Shown piece after piece: positions 37,996 to 47,353 of a DNA stretch of 64,000 nt (the stretch's first letter is position 1; every line of letters begins with the position of its first letter). The notes under the pieces are model-generated. The model was not told the DNA's origin. It did not search any database and was given only the letters and a program-made list of their open reading frames with translations. The stretch comes from Gammaproteobacteria bacterium. GTDB lineage: Bacteria > Pseudomonadota > Gammaproteobacteria > Ga0077536. The stretch lies in NCBI GenBank assembly GCA_035325705.1, contig DAOKZI010000006.1, positions 21,074-85,073 on the forward strand, read 5' to 3'. A program made the translations under genes and the position numbers.

Positions 37996-38460
37996 AGGCG
38001 CGATTGGCCACAGAGAACACCGAGAACACAGAGGAAGAGGGGTTGATTGGGCTCTGCTTCGTCACGTCTGTGCTGACGAAAATGCCGATGCAGCAGCGTT
38101 TCTTTCCAATCTCTTCCTGTCGGCGTTCTCGGTGGCGATTCTCATTCAACGAGAAACGTAGCTTGGGCTGAAAGAGGCATAGTCCTTCAACGTGGACGGC
38201 GGTGTCGTAGCCCGGGTGAAGCGCGCAGCGCGTAACCCGGGATCGGCGTCCGCCGTCCTCTGATGCACTCGAGAAGAGCTGCCGCTGTGCGCGCCGAGCA
38301 TGGCCGCAAGCCCTTGCGTATCGGGCATGCCGGATCCCGGGTTCCGCTACGCTGCACCCGGGCTACGAAGACGGGGCGCTCTCTTTGACGGCAAGCTACG
38401 AGCTCTGCGGCAGCATCCAATCCGTCTTCTTCTCTCTGTGTTCTCGGTGTTCTCTGTGGC
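37996..38460. repeat. composite MITE-like element (family 2 TIRs) enclosing a REP pair and a degenerate hairpin
   Basis: Left TIR gccacagagaacaccgagaacacagaggaagaggggttgattggg (37996-38040). Right TIR, inverted, cttctctctgtgttctcggtgttctctgtggcc (about 38408-38440). REP units at about 38206 and 38328. Confidence 0.65.
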
Positions 38461-38487
38461 CCCTGGGCATAGCAGGGGGCACGAACC

Positions 38488-39165
38488 TCAAGCCGTTTCG
38501 CGTTTGACCTCGGCGTCGAAATCGCCGTCGCGGATCCGATCCATCATGTGGGCGTAGAAGCGCGCGAAGTCGGTGGTCATCTCCGCGAGCGGGAGATCGG
38601 CGAACTCGCCGCGGTAGCGCAGGTATTCCATGTGCTGGCGGCCTTCGAGATCGAAAGGGTGGTAGATCGAATCCTCGCGGCCGTCGAACTCGAGCGGGCG
38701 CAGGCGGAATTTTTCGCACAGCTCGACGTTGAAGGCCGGCGTCGCCTTCACCCATTTGCCGTCGAGCAGGATCGCGGTGTAGCCGTGCCAGCGGAATTCG
38801 TCGGTCTTCATCAGCGCGCGCATGCGCGCCGTCGACAGGTGATTCTTCACGTCCGCGTAGCCGGGACGGGCCGGGATGCCGATCGCGCGACAGCAGGCCG
38901 TCAGCAGCGCGGCTTTGGACACGCACCAGCCGCGGCCGAGGCTGGCGCAGCGACCCGCGCTCAGGCCTTCGGCACTCAGCACGATCTCGTAAGGGTCGTA
39001 GCGGATGCGATCGCGGACCGCGTAGTAGAGCCGCACCGCGCGCGTCCGCGCCTGCGCGCCGGGCAGGTCGTGCTCGCGCACGAAAGCCTGCACGGCGGGA
39101 TGCGGGTAGTCGATGATCGCGGTCGGCGCGAGGAACACCGTCGGGTCGTCGCCGAGGAGAGTCAT
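38488..39165 (-). CDS. transglutaminase-like cysteine protease-fold protein
   Basis: Internal ATG (MTLLGDDPTVFL...). The core Cys motif GWCVSKAALLTACCRAIGIPARPGYADV is present. The start overlaps the upstream stop as ATGA. Confidence 0.7.
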   Translation of the reverse strand: MTLLGDDPTVFLAPTAIIDYPHPAVQAFVREHDLPGAQARTRAVRLYYAVRDRIRYDPYEIVLSAEGLSAGRCASLGRGWCVSKAALLTACCRAIGIPARPGYADVKNHLSTARMRALMKTDEFRWHGYTAILLDGKWVKATPAFNVELCEKFRLRPLEFDGREDSIYHPFDLEGRQHMEYLRYRGEFADLPLAEMTTDFARFYAHMMDRIRDGDFDAEVKRETA

Positions 39166-39563
39166 GTCGGTTCCAGTTCGATGATCGCGCGGGCGTCGTA
39201 GCGGCCGCTCAGTTTGGACATCCAGTCGAGCAGACGCATCTGCCAGCCGTACTTCGCGCGCAGCGCACGATAGGCGCGGGTGACCGTGTCCGGCGCCTCG
39301 ACGATCCGGCCGCGCGCTTCCTGCCATGCGCCGAGCACGCGGCCGCTGGCCGTGCACGGGGCGAGACGGGCACGGCCGTTGGCGCGCAGGCGTTTCGCCT
39401 TGCCGGCGCGCGCCGCGGTGAAGACGTAGTAGCGGCCTTCGCTGTGCGCGATCCACACGGGCGTGCGCACTTCGCGGCCGTCGCGCCGGAAGCTCGCGAG
39501 GCTGACGTAGCGGGTGTCGAGGAAATCGCGCATGCGGCGATCATCATACGCCGCGGCGCTCAC
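39162..39563 (-). CDS. PPOX-class (pyridoxamine 5'-phosphate oxidase family) protein
   Basis: 133 aa. The GTG start overlaps the upstream stop as GTGA. Confidence 0.6.
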   Translation of the reverse strand: MSAAAYDDRRMRDFLDTRYVSLASFRRDGREVRTPVWIAHSEGRYYVFTAARAGKAKRLRANGRARLAPCTASGRVLGAWQEARGRIVEAPDTVTRAYRALRAKYGWQMRLLDWMSKLSGRYDARAIIELEPT

Positions 39564-40405
39564 TCGGGCAGTTCACCGTAGCGCACCCGGCGCCCGGTCC
39601 ACGGGTCGGTGAAGGCGATGCCGATCGCGGCGAGGCGCATGCCGCCCGGATCCGCGTTGCCGCGGCCGTAGCGCGGATCGCCGATCACGGGGTGGCCGAT
39701 GGCCTCGAAGTGGCGGCGGATCTGGTGATGACGGCCGCTCAGCATGCGAATGAGGACAGTGCTGCGCGCGGCGGCCGTGTCGACGGCCTCGACGCGGTAC
39801 TCGGTGACGGCGGCCTTGCCGTCGAGCGGCAGCTCGATGCGCCCGCGCTCGCCGCGCGCGCGCAGATCGCCGAGCACCTCGACGCGATAGCGCTTGTCGA
39901 CGCTGCGCGTCTGGAACAGCGCCGACAGCTTCGCCGCGGCCTGGCGGCTGTGGGCGACGAGGAGCAGGCCGCTCGCCTCCAAATCGAGACGGTGCACGAG
40001 ATAGACCTCGCGGCGCGGCGTGAAGTGCGCGGCGATCTGCGCCGCGAGCGTCGCGTGATCGCCGAAGCGCGAGCCTTCGACCAGCAGACCCGCCGGCTTG
40101 TGCCACACGCTGTAGCGCCGGCAGTCGGCGACGAGCGAGGCCGGCGGCGGGCTCAGCGCGAGCACCGCCGAATCGTAATAGAGCTGCAGGCGATCGCCGA
40201 TCTTCAGCGGCGTCGTGACCCGCCGCAGGCGCGCCGGCTTGGCGCGGCCGCGCGCATGCCACACGGCGCCTTTCTGCATCGCGTCCTTGACGCGCAGCTT
40301 CGACAGCCCGCTCAGCGCCGCGAGCAGCTCGGCCGCGAGCCGCGGATCGCCTTCGCGCACCGTGTGCTCGAGCGTGAACACGCGGCGCGCGGCATCCTCG
40401 CTCAC
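39560..40405 (-). CDS. RluD/RluC-type pseudouridine synthase with an S4 domain
   Basis: GTG start at 40405 overlaps the protease stop as GTGA. It carries an S4-like N-terminus, HRLDLEASGLLLVAHS and SGRHHQIRRHFEAIGHPVIGDPRYG. Confidence 0.75.
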   Translation of the reverse strand: MSEDAARRVFTLEHTVREGDPRLAAELLAALSGLSKLRVKDAMQKGAVWHARGRAKPARLRRVTTPLKIGDRLQLYYDSAVLALSPPPASLVADCRRYSVWHKPAGLLVEGSRFGDHATLAAQIAAHFTPRREVYLVHRLDLEASGLLLVAHSRQAAAKLSALFQTRSVDKRYRVEVLGDLRARGERGRIELPLDGKAAVTEYRVEAVDTAAARSTVLIRMLSGRHHQIRRHFEAIGHPVIGDPRYGRGNADPGGMRLAAIGIAFTDPWTGRRVRYGELPE

Positions 40406-41043
40406 CGCGGCAACGTCCCGAACTCGTCGAGCAGATCGATCGGCATCGCAAAATTGAGGTTCTCTCTGTGATTGCCCTCGTCGCTGAGCTTGAAGCTGAT
40501 GATGCCGACGAGGCTGCCGTCCTGCGCAAGCAGCGCGCCGCCGCTGGAGCCGGGGGACACGGCGGCGCTGGTCTGGATCAGCGCATAGCCGCCTTCGTGA
40601 CGCAGCCCCGAGACCAGCCCTTCGGTGAACGTCAGATCGAGCCCGAGCGGCGCGCCCAGCGCATAGACGCGCTGTCCGATGCGCAGATCCTGCGCGCTGC
40701 CGCGCGCGAGCGGCGGCGCATCGAGCAGCGCCGCGCGCAGCAGGCAGAGATCGTGCGCGATCTTCACTTCGACGAGCTCGGCCGTGATCGTCGCGCCGCC
40801 CGACTTCAGGCCGACGAAGTCCGCGCCCTTGAGCACGTGGCAATTGGTGAGCACATGACGGGCCTGCACGACGACGCCGCTGCCCTGGCTCAGCACCCGG
40901 CCGCCGCGGTCCGCGGCATAGACGGTGACGACGCTGGGCGCCGCGCGCTCGAAGACGAATTCCGGGGCCGTGGTGCCCGCCGCCTGCGCGCCTCGCAGGC
41001 AGGCGAGCAGCAACAGCGCGAACGAGGATCGGCGCAGCGGCAC
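40402..41043 (-). CDS. secreted trypsin-like (S1) serine protease, no PDZ domain
   Basis: GTG start gives the signal peptide VPLRRSSFALLLLACLRGAQA. Catalytic triad context is present (NCHVL; DLCLL; SPGSSGGAL). Confidence 0.7.
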   Translation of the reverse strand: MPLRRSSFALLLLACLRGAQAAGTTAPEFVFERAAPSVVTVYAADRGGRVLSQGSGVVVQARHVLTNCHVLKGADFVGLKSGGATITAELVEVKIAHDLCLLRAALLDAPPLARGSAQDLRIGQRVYALGAPLGLDLTFTEGLVSGLRHEGGYALIQTSAAVSPGSSGGALLAQDGSLVGIISFKLSDEGNHRENLNFAMPIDLLDEFGTLPR

Positions 41044-41062
41044 GGGGCGCGCGACCGCGCGC

Positions 41063-41443
41063 TCAGAGATTCTGCTTGGCGGCGTGGTTGCGCCAGGCGA
41101 GCACGATCGCGCCGATGGTCTCCGGCGTGATCTGCAGCTCGTGCAGCAGGTGGCGCTGCAGCCGGCGCAATTCGTCCCGATCGAGCTCGCCGATGAAGCC
41201 ATCGGTGTAATAGGTGATCGACCAGATGTCCTCGTTCGGCCGTTCCTGCCACAGATACCAGCGCCCGGATTCGGGATGCGCGCCGTTGGCCGAGGAGCGT
41301 GCCTTGGAGGTGGTCGGAAACTGCGTGTGGCTGGCCACGCCCGCATCGACGAGCGCCGCGCGGCGACCGGTGTAGGTCGTCGACCAGACGATTCCTTCGC
41401 CAAAGCGGGCTGGCGAGACGGCAAAGCGGGCAGCAATGGACAT
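41063..41443 (-). CDS. hypothetical protein
   Basis: 126 aa with a protein-like composition. It is upstream of, and co-directional with, the protease operon. Confidence 0.45.
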   Translation of the reverse strand: MSIAARFAVSPARFGEGIVWSTTYTGRRAALVDAGVASHTQFPTTSKARSSANGAHPESGRWYLWQERPNEDIWSITYYTDGFIGELDRDELRRLQRHLLHELQITPETIGAIVLAWRNHAAKQNL

Positions 41444-41642
41444 CGAGAACGATTCGATTGAGGCTCGGGCGATTCTAAACGCGGCGAAGGGCCGCGCCTA
41501 GGCGTCGCGACGCTGCGCGCCGAAACGCGCCGGCAAACATCTGTGACGGGTCGGCGGCCGAGGATCCGGCGCGGCCGCGCGAGCGCCGGCGCGGTGCGCC
41601 CGCCTGCTAAGATGCGCGCATCGCGTCGCGGAGCAGCGGATC

Positions 41643-43436
41643 ATGCCCAGTTACAAAGCCCCGGTCAGGGACAGCCTGTTCATCCTCAACGAAGTGCTCG
41701 AGCTCGGGCGCTATGCGGCGCTGCCGGGCTTCGCCGAGCTGACACCGGACACCTTGGCCGCCGTGCTCGAAGAAGGCGGCCGCTTCGCCGAGGAAGTCAT
41801 CCAGCCGCTGAACCGCAGCGGCGACGAGCAGGGGTGCACCCGCCATGCCGACGGCCGCGTGACGACACCCGAGGGCTTCAAGGCCGCCTACGAGAAGTTC
41901 GTCGCGGGCGGCTGGGGCGGGCTCGCCGGCGATCCCGCGTTCGGCGGTCAGGGTCTGCCGCACGCCGTCGCGACCGCCTTCGAGGAGTACATGATCGCGG
42001 CGAACATGGCCTTCACGATGTACCCGATGCTGACGCAGGGCGCAATCGCCGCGATACGCGCCGTCGCCACGCCCGAGCAGCAGCAGAAGTTCATCCCCAA
42101 GATGATGGACGGCACGTGGACGGGCACGATGAACCTGACCGAAGCCCACTGCGGCACCGATCTGGGCCTGCTGCGCACGCGCGCCGAAGCGCAGGCCGAC
42201 GGCACTTATCGGATCACGGGCACCAAGATCTTCATCTCCAGCGGTGAGCACGATCTCACCGAGAACATCATCCATCTCGTGCTCGCGAAGCTGCCGGACT
42301 CGCCGGACAGCGTGAAGGGCATTTCGCTGTTCATCGTGCCGAAAGTCCTCGTCGACGACGCCGGCCGCCTCGGCGCGCGCAATGCGGTGTCCTGCGGTCG
42401 CATCGAGGAGAAGATGGGCATCCACGGCAACGCGACCTGCGTGATGAACTACGAGGGCGCGACGGGCTATCTGATCGGCGAGCGCGACAAGGGCTTGCGC
42501 GCGATGTTCATCATGATGAACGCCGCGCGCCTCGGCGTCGGCGTGCAGGGGCTCGCGCAGTCCGAGGTGGCCTATCAGAACGCGGCGATCTATGCCCGCG
42601 AACGCCTGCAGGGCCGCGCGCTGAGCGGGTCGAAGAACCCGGCCGGCAAAGCCGATCCGATCATCGTGCACCCCGACGTGCGGCGCATGCTGATGAACGC
42701 GCGCGCCTTTAACGAGGGCGCGCGCGCCTTGACGCTGTGGAGCGCGCTGCAGGTCGATCTCGCCGAGAAGGCGGCGACGCCGGCGGAGCGCGAGGCGGCC
42801 GAGGATCTGATCGGCCTGCTGACGCCCGTCATCAAGGCGTATTTCACCGATCGGGGCTACGCGCACGCGACGGACGCCCAGCAGTGCTACGGCGGCCACG
42901 GCTATATCCGCGAATGGGGCATGGAGCAGTTCGTGCGCGACGCGCGGATCGCGATGATCTACGAAGGCACGAACGGCATACAGGCCCTGGATCTCGTCGG
43001 CCGCAAGCTGCCGGCGAACGGCGGGCGGGCGCTGCGCGCCTATCTGCAGCTCGTCGGTCAGTGCGTCGAGGCCTGCGCGGCCGACGAGCGCACACGGTTC
43101 GTCGTCGCGCCGCTGAAGCGCGCGCTGGAGGATCTGCAGGGCGCGACGGGCTGGCTGATGCGCCACGCGCTGATGAAGCCCGACAACGCGGCCGCCGGCT
43201 CGATGGCCTTCCTGCATCTGCTGGGGCTGGTCGCCCTCGGTCACCAGTGGGCGCTGATGATTCGGGCGTCGCTCGCGGCGCTCGCCAAGGGCGCCGGGGA
43301 AGCGGCCTTCTACGAGCACAAGCTGACGACCGGCCGCTATTACTTCAGCCACGTGATCTGCGAGACCGCGGTGCATCGCGCGCGCGTCGAGGCCGGCGCG
43401 GAGCCGATGATGGCGCTGCCCGCGGAGGCGTTCTGA
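41643..43436 (+). CDS. long acyl-CoA dehydrogenase (FadE/AidB-like, with a C-terminal extension)
   Basis: 597 aa (NLTEAHCGTDLG...GTKIFISSGEHD...YGGHGYIREWGMEQFVRDARI). Confidence 0.9.
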   Translation: MPSYKAPVRDSLFILNEVLELGRYAALPGFAELTPDTLAAVLEEGGRFAEEVIQPLNRSGDEQGCTRHADGRVTTPEGFKAAYEKFVAGGWGGLAGDPAFGGQGLPHAVATAFEEYMIAANMAFTMYPMLTQGAIAAIRAVATPEQQQKFIPKMMDGTWTGTMNLTEAHCGTDLGLLRTRAEAQADGTYRITGTKIFISSGEHDLTENIIHLVLAKLPDSPDSVKGISLFIVPKVLVDDAGRLGARNAVSCGRIEEKMGIHGNATCVMNYEGATGYLIGERDKGLRAMFIMMNAARLGVGVQGLAQSEVAYQNAAIYARERLQGRALSGSKNPAGKADPIIVHPDVRRMLMNARAFNEGARALTLWSALQVDLAEKAATPAEREAAEDLIGLLTPVIKAYFTDRGYAHATDAQQCYGGHGYIREWGMEQFVRDARIAMIYEGTNGIQALDLVGRKLPANGGRALRAYLQLVGQCVEACAADERTRFVVAPLKRALEDLQGATGWLMRHALMKPDNAAAGSMAFLHLLGLVALGHQWALMIRASLAALAKGAGEAAFYEHKLTTGRYYFSHVICETAVHRARVEAGAEPMMALPAEAF

Positions 43437-44323
43437 TGGCCGGCCAGTCCGATACCAGCATCATGGCGCTGTTCTGCGACTTCGAGAACATCGCGCTCGG
43501 CGCGCGCGACGCCAAGTTCTCGCGCTTCGACATCCGCAAGGTGCTCGAACGGCTGCTGCTGAAGGGCAACATCGTCGTCAAGAAGGCCTACTGCGACTGG
43601 GAGCGCTACAAGGAGTTCAAGGGCAATATGCACGAAGCGGCTTTCGAGCTGATCGAGATCCCGCACGTGCGCATGTCCGGCAAGAACTCGGCCGACATCC
43701 GCATGGTCGTCGACGCGCTGGACCTCTGCTACACGAAGTCGCACGTCGACACCTTCGTCATCATCAGCGGCGACTCGGACTTCTCGCCGCTGGTCAGCAA
43801 GCTGCGCGAGAACAACAAGACGGTGATCGGCGTCGGCGTCAAGCAGTCGACCTCGGATCTGCTGATCTCGAACTGCGACGAGTTCATCTACTACGACGAT
43901 CTCGTGCGCAACGAGAAGAAGCGCCCGGCGCGCCGCCGCAGCACGGCGAGCGCGGCGGCCGTCGCGGTGCCCGCCGTCAGTGCCGCCGCCGAGGCGCCGG
44001 GCGAGCCCGCCGAGGCGCCGAACGGCAACGTCGCCGCGCCGGAGGCCGCGGCCGGCGTCGCCGAGCACGATCGCAAGCAGGAGGCCCTCGACATCGTGAT
44101 GGAGACGGTCGAGGCGCTGTTCGCCGAACGCGGCGCCGAAGAAAAGATCTGGGGCTCGATGGTGAAGCAGGCGATCAAGCGCCGGCAGCCGGGCTTCAAC
44201 GAGTCGTACTACGGTTACCGCTCCTTCAGCAAGCTGCTCGAGGAGGCGGCGGCGCGCAAGCTGTTGACGCTGGAGCACGACGAGAAGTCCGGCGGCGTCA
44301 TCATCCGGATCAGCCAGCTCTGA
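43436..44323 (+). CDS. NYN-domain (LabA-like) protein with a C-terminal OST-HTH/LOTUS domain
   Basis: ATG overlaps the acyl-CoA dehydrogenase stop as TGATG. The NYN core reads ALFCDFENIALG...FVIISGDSDFSPLVSKLRENNKTVIGVGVKQSTS. A low-complexity Ala/Pro/Glu linker is followed by a LOTUS-like tail. Confidence 0.75.
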   Translation: MAGQSDTSIMALFCDFENIALGARDAKFSRFDIRKVLERLLLKGNIVVKKAYCDWERYKEFKGNMHEAAFELIEIPHVRMSGKNSADIRMVVDALDLCYTKSHVDTFVIISGDSDFSPLVSKLRENNKTVIGVGVKQSTSDLLISNCDEFIYYDDLVRNEKKRPARRRSTASAAAVAVPAVSAAAEAPGEPAEAPNGNVAAPEAAAGVAEHDRKQEALDIVMETVEALFAERGAEEKIWGSMVKQAIKRRQPGFNESYYGYRSFSKLLEEAAARKLLTLEHDEKSGGVIIRISQL

Positions 44324-44365
44324 TCGCGAACGCCGGGCGCTACCCGGCACGACGGGGGCCACGAG

Positions 44366-45382
44366 ATGAAGATCGACAGTCTGCTGCCGGCCGCTGCGCC
44401 GGCCGAGGTCATGACGCGCGCCCAGGCGCTGGAGCGGGACGGCTTCGACTGCGTATGGACCTTCGAAGCCGCGCACGACGCCTTTCTGCCGCTGGCCTTC
44501 GCCGCGCACGCGACGAAGAAGCTCGAGATCGGCACCAACATCGCCGTCGCCTTCGCGCGCACGCCGTTTGCGATGGCGCAGATGGCCTGGGATCTCCAGC
44601 GCTACAGTGACGGACGCTTCCGGCTCGGTCTCGGCACGCAGGTGCGCCAGCACGTCGAGCGCCGCCTGTCGGCGAGCTTCGATCATCCGGCGGCGCGCGT
44701 GACGGACTACATCCGCTGCGTGCGCGCCATCTGGCGCACTTTCCAAACCGGCGCGAAGCCCGACTACCAGGGACCGTTCTACCAGTTCAAGCTGATCAAC
44801 GACTTCTTCAATCCCGGCCCGCTGGCGCAGCCCGAAATCCCGATCTACCTCGCGGGCGTCAATCCCCGCATGTGCCGCGCCGGCGGCGAGGTCGCGGACG
44901 GCTTCCACGTGCACCCGGTGCACACCGTGCCCTATCTGAAAGAAGTCGTGCGGCCGGCCATCGACGAAGGGGCGCGTACGGTCGGCCGCAGCGTCGCCGA
45001 TCTGGAGCTCTACTCGCCGGTGTTCGTGATCACGGGCGACACCGAGGCCGAGCGCGCGGACATGGAGCGCGCGGTGCGGCGGCAGATCGCCTTCTATGCC
45101 TCGACGCCGAGCTATGCGGCCGTGCTCGAATTCCACGGCCACGCCGATCTCGGGAAGAAGCTCGGCGGCCTGCTGCGCGAGGGCCGGCTGAACGAGATGG
45201 GCCAGCACGTGCCGGACGCGCTGCTCGAGGAAATCGCCGTGTTCGCGCCGCCGGCGGAGCTCGGGTCGCGCCTGCGCCGGCGCTACGAGGGCGTGCTCGA
45301 TCGCATTGCGCTGTACTCGATGATGGGCGGCGAAGGCAGCTTCAAGGCCTGGCGCGAGCTCACCGCTGCAATCCACGCCTAG
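44366..45382 (+). CDS. LLM-class F420- or flavin-dependent oxidoreductase
   Basis: 338 aa luciferase-like monooxygenase-family sequence. Confidence 0.8.
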   Translation: MKIDSLLPAAAPAEVMTRAQALERDGFDCVWTFEAAHDAFLPLAFAAHATKKLEIGTNIAVAFARTPFAMAQMAWDLQRYSDGRFRLGLGTQVRQHVERRLSASFDHPAARVTDYIRCVRAIWRTFQTGAKPDYQGPFYQFKLINDFFNPGPLAQPEIPIYLAGVNPRMCRAGGEVADGFHVHPVHTVPYLKEVVRPAIDEGARTVGRSVADLELYSPVFVITGDTEAERADMERAVRRQIAFYASTPSYAAVLEFHGHADLGKKLGGLLREGRLNEMGQHVPDALLEEIAVFAPPAELGSRLRRRYEGVLDRIALYSMMGGEGSFKAWRELTAAIHA

Positions 45383-45411
45383 CGCCCGCGCTTCGTCGCG
45401 GAACCCGGGAT

Positions 45412-45960
45412 CCCTCATTCCACCAAAGCGCCGCTCCCGGGTTACGCGCTGCGCGCTCCACCCGGGCTACGAAATGCCGTGCGCGCGGTTAGCTCCCGGG
45501 TTACGGAATGCCGTGCGCGCGGTTAGCTCCGGGACTACGGAATGCCGTGCGCGTGATTGGCGCTCGTAGCCCGGGTGCAGCGTAGCGGAACCCGGGATCC
45601 CTCATTCCTTCGTAGCGCCGCTCCCGGGTTACGCGCTGCGCGCTGCACCCGGGCTACGAAATGCCGTGCGCGCGGTTAGCTCCCGGGCTACGGAATGCCG
45701 TGCGCGTGATTGGCGCTCGTAGCCCGGGTGCAGCGTAGCGGAACCCGGGATCCCTCATTCCTTCGTAGCGCCGCTCCCGGGTTACGCGCTGCGCGCTGCA
45801 CCCGGGCTACGAAATGCCGTGCGCGCGGTTAGCTCCCGGGCTACGGAATGCCGTGCGCGTGATTGGCGCTCGTAGCCCGGGTGCAGCGTAGCGGAACCCG
45901 GGATCCCGCATCACACCGGAGCGCCCGATCCCGGGTTACGATCCAGCCTTCAGGCGGCAG
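45412..45960. repeat. tandem array (about 3.5 copies) of a 153 bp unit carrying two oppositely oriented REP palindromes
   Basis: The unit starting cgtagcccgggtgcagcgtagcggaacccgggatccctcattcc recurs at about 45565, 45718 and 45871. An internal submotif aatgccgtgcgcg(c/t)g(g/a)tt(a/g)gc is duplicated within each unit. Confidence 0.8.
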
Positions 45961-46501
45961 TGCTCGCCGGCTGCATCAGCCCGCGCCAGCCGCTGAGCAG
46001 GCCGTCGAGCTGGCATTGGTAGAGATCGAGCCCGACGGTGAGCGGGGAGGCAGCCGGCAGCGACAGCACGGCGTCCGCCTCGCCCTGCGAGACGCGGATC
46101 GTCATGCCGAGCTCGCGCGTGAAACGCGCCATCGCGTAGTTGTCCTGCACGAAGTGTATCCACAGCTCGCGCCGGCCCAGCGCCGTCGCGCGCTGGATCG
46201 CGCGCGCGGCGAGACGCCGCGCCAGACCTTCGCGCCGATAGGGCGTGAGCACGCTCAAGCCGAGCTCCGCGGTATCGTCCATGCGGCCCATGTGAGCGAC
46301 GCCGATGAGCTCGAAGGCCGGGCCGAAGATGCCGAAGACATGATCGCGCGCGAAATCGATGCGCTCGACATAGTCGGCGAGACAGGCCTCGGACAGCGCG
46401 AAACCGAAGCGCAGCCGCCGATCTTCCGCGCTCAGGGCCCGGTAGTGCTCGACGAGACGAGGACGGTCGAGCGCGCCCAATTCGTGTACCAGTCTGGTCA
46501 T
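45950..46501 (-). CDS. GNAT-family N-acetyltransferase
   Basis: 183 aa containing the acetyl-CoA-binding-like motif (RREGLARRLAARAIQRATALGRRELWIHFVQDN). Confidence 0.75.
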   Translation of the reverse strand: MTRLVHELGALDRPRLVEHYRALSAEDRRLRFGFALSEACLADYVERIDFARDHVFGIFGPAFELIGVAHMGRMDDTAELGLSVLTPYRREGLARRLAARAIQRATALGRRELWIHFVQDNYAMARFTRELGMTIRVSQGEADAVLSLPAASPLTVGLDLYQCQLDGLLSGWRGLMQPASTAA

Positions 46502-46647
46502 GTCTCCTGCTCCCGGCAGCTTGCCGTCTCGGCGCCGCCACCTTCATTGAGACCAGTATCGACCAGTTTTGTTGCAAAGCAACATCGGTTTCATGACGGG
46601 CATCACGCCGGCGCGGCGCGGGTGAAATTCGGCCAGGGAGAATCGTC

Positions 46648-46758
46648 TTTGTAGCCCGGATGAGCGCAGCGAATCCGGGGTTCGGCGCCTGCCGAGGTAC
46701 CGGCGCGTAACTCGGACGTCGGATCTCGGATTCGCTGCGCTTCCGGGCTACGAACCGC
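46648..46758. repeat. REP-like inverted pair (CCCGGAT subtype)
   Basis: tgtagcccggatgagcgcagcgaatccggggttcggc at about 46650. Its inverted partner cggattcgctgcgcttccgggctacg at about 46725. Confidence 0.75.
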
Positions 46759-47353
46759 CTTGCCGATCGCCCCCGCTCGCCGCCGCGAGATCGGCCGGGG
46801 TATCGATGTCCAGCAGGACACCGGGATCGTCGACGTCGACGGACGTGAGCTGCGCGCCGGCGAGCACGGCGCGAGCGCCTTCGTCGCCGGTCAGGGCGGC
46901 GAGGGCCGGCAGATGCGCGGCGCCGAAGAGCACGGGATGGCCGCGCCGGCCGCGATGGAGCGGCGCGACGACCGCGCCGTCGCACAGCGTCTCGAGGCGC
47001 TCGAGCAGGACCGCGATGCTGGCAGGGCGCACGCGCGGCATGTCACCGAGCACGATGAGCACGCCGTCGACATCGGGCGAAAGCGCGCGCACGCCGCAAG
47101 CGATCGAGGCGCCGAGTCCCTGCGCGGGATCGCGATTGACGGCGAGGCTCGCCTCGGCGCTCCGCGCCAGCGCTGCCGCGGTCTCGTCCCCGGGCGCGAC
47201 GACGAGGACGCGCTGTGCGAGCGGCAGCTCGCGCAGCGCGTCCAGCGTCCAGGCGAGCACGGGGCGGCCGGCCAGTATCGCCGCGAGCTTACGCTCTGCG
47301 CCGTAGCGGCGTCCGTAGCCGGCCGCGGCGACGATGGCGGCGACGCGCTTCAA
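46748..47353 (-). CDS. MobA-like NTP transferase (MocA-type molybdenum cofactor cytidylyltransferase)
   Basis: TTG start overlaps the XdhC stop as TTGA. The N-terminus VAAIVAAAGYGRRYG matches the MocA/MobA nucleotide-binding motif. LGDMP is also present. Confidence 0.65.
   Translation of the reverse strand: MKRVAAIVAAAGYGRRYGAERKLAAILAGRPVLAWTLDALRELPLAQRVLVVAPGDETAAALARSAEASLAVNRDPAQGLGASIACGVRALSPDVDGVLIVLGDMPRVRPASIAVLLERLETLCDGAVVAPLHRGRRGHPVLFGAAHLPALAALTGDEGARAVLAGAQLTSVDVDDPGVLLDIDTPADLAAASGGDRQGGS

Noticed and set aside
43340-45418. 692 aa minus-strand ORF opposite the NYN and LLM genes
   Set aside because: It is an antisense artefact. The sense frames carry the NYN core and LLM motifs.
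45412-45960. CRISPR or coding interpretation of the 153 bp tandem array (ORFs 45863..46654 and 45936..46985)
   Set aside because: The units are built from REP palindromes that occur dispersed elsewhere. The ORFs across them are low-complexity and overlap the GNAT gene in antisense.
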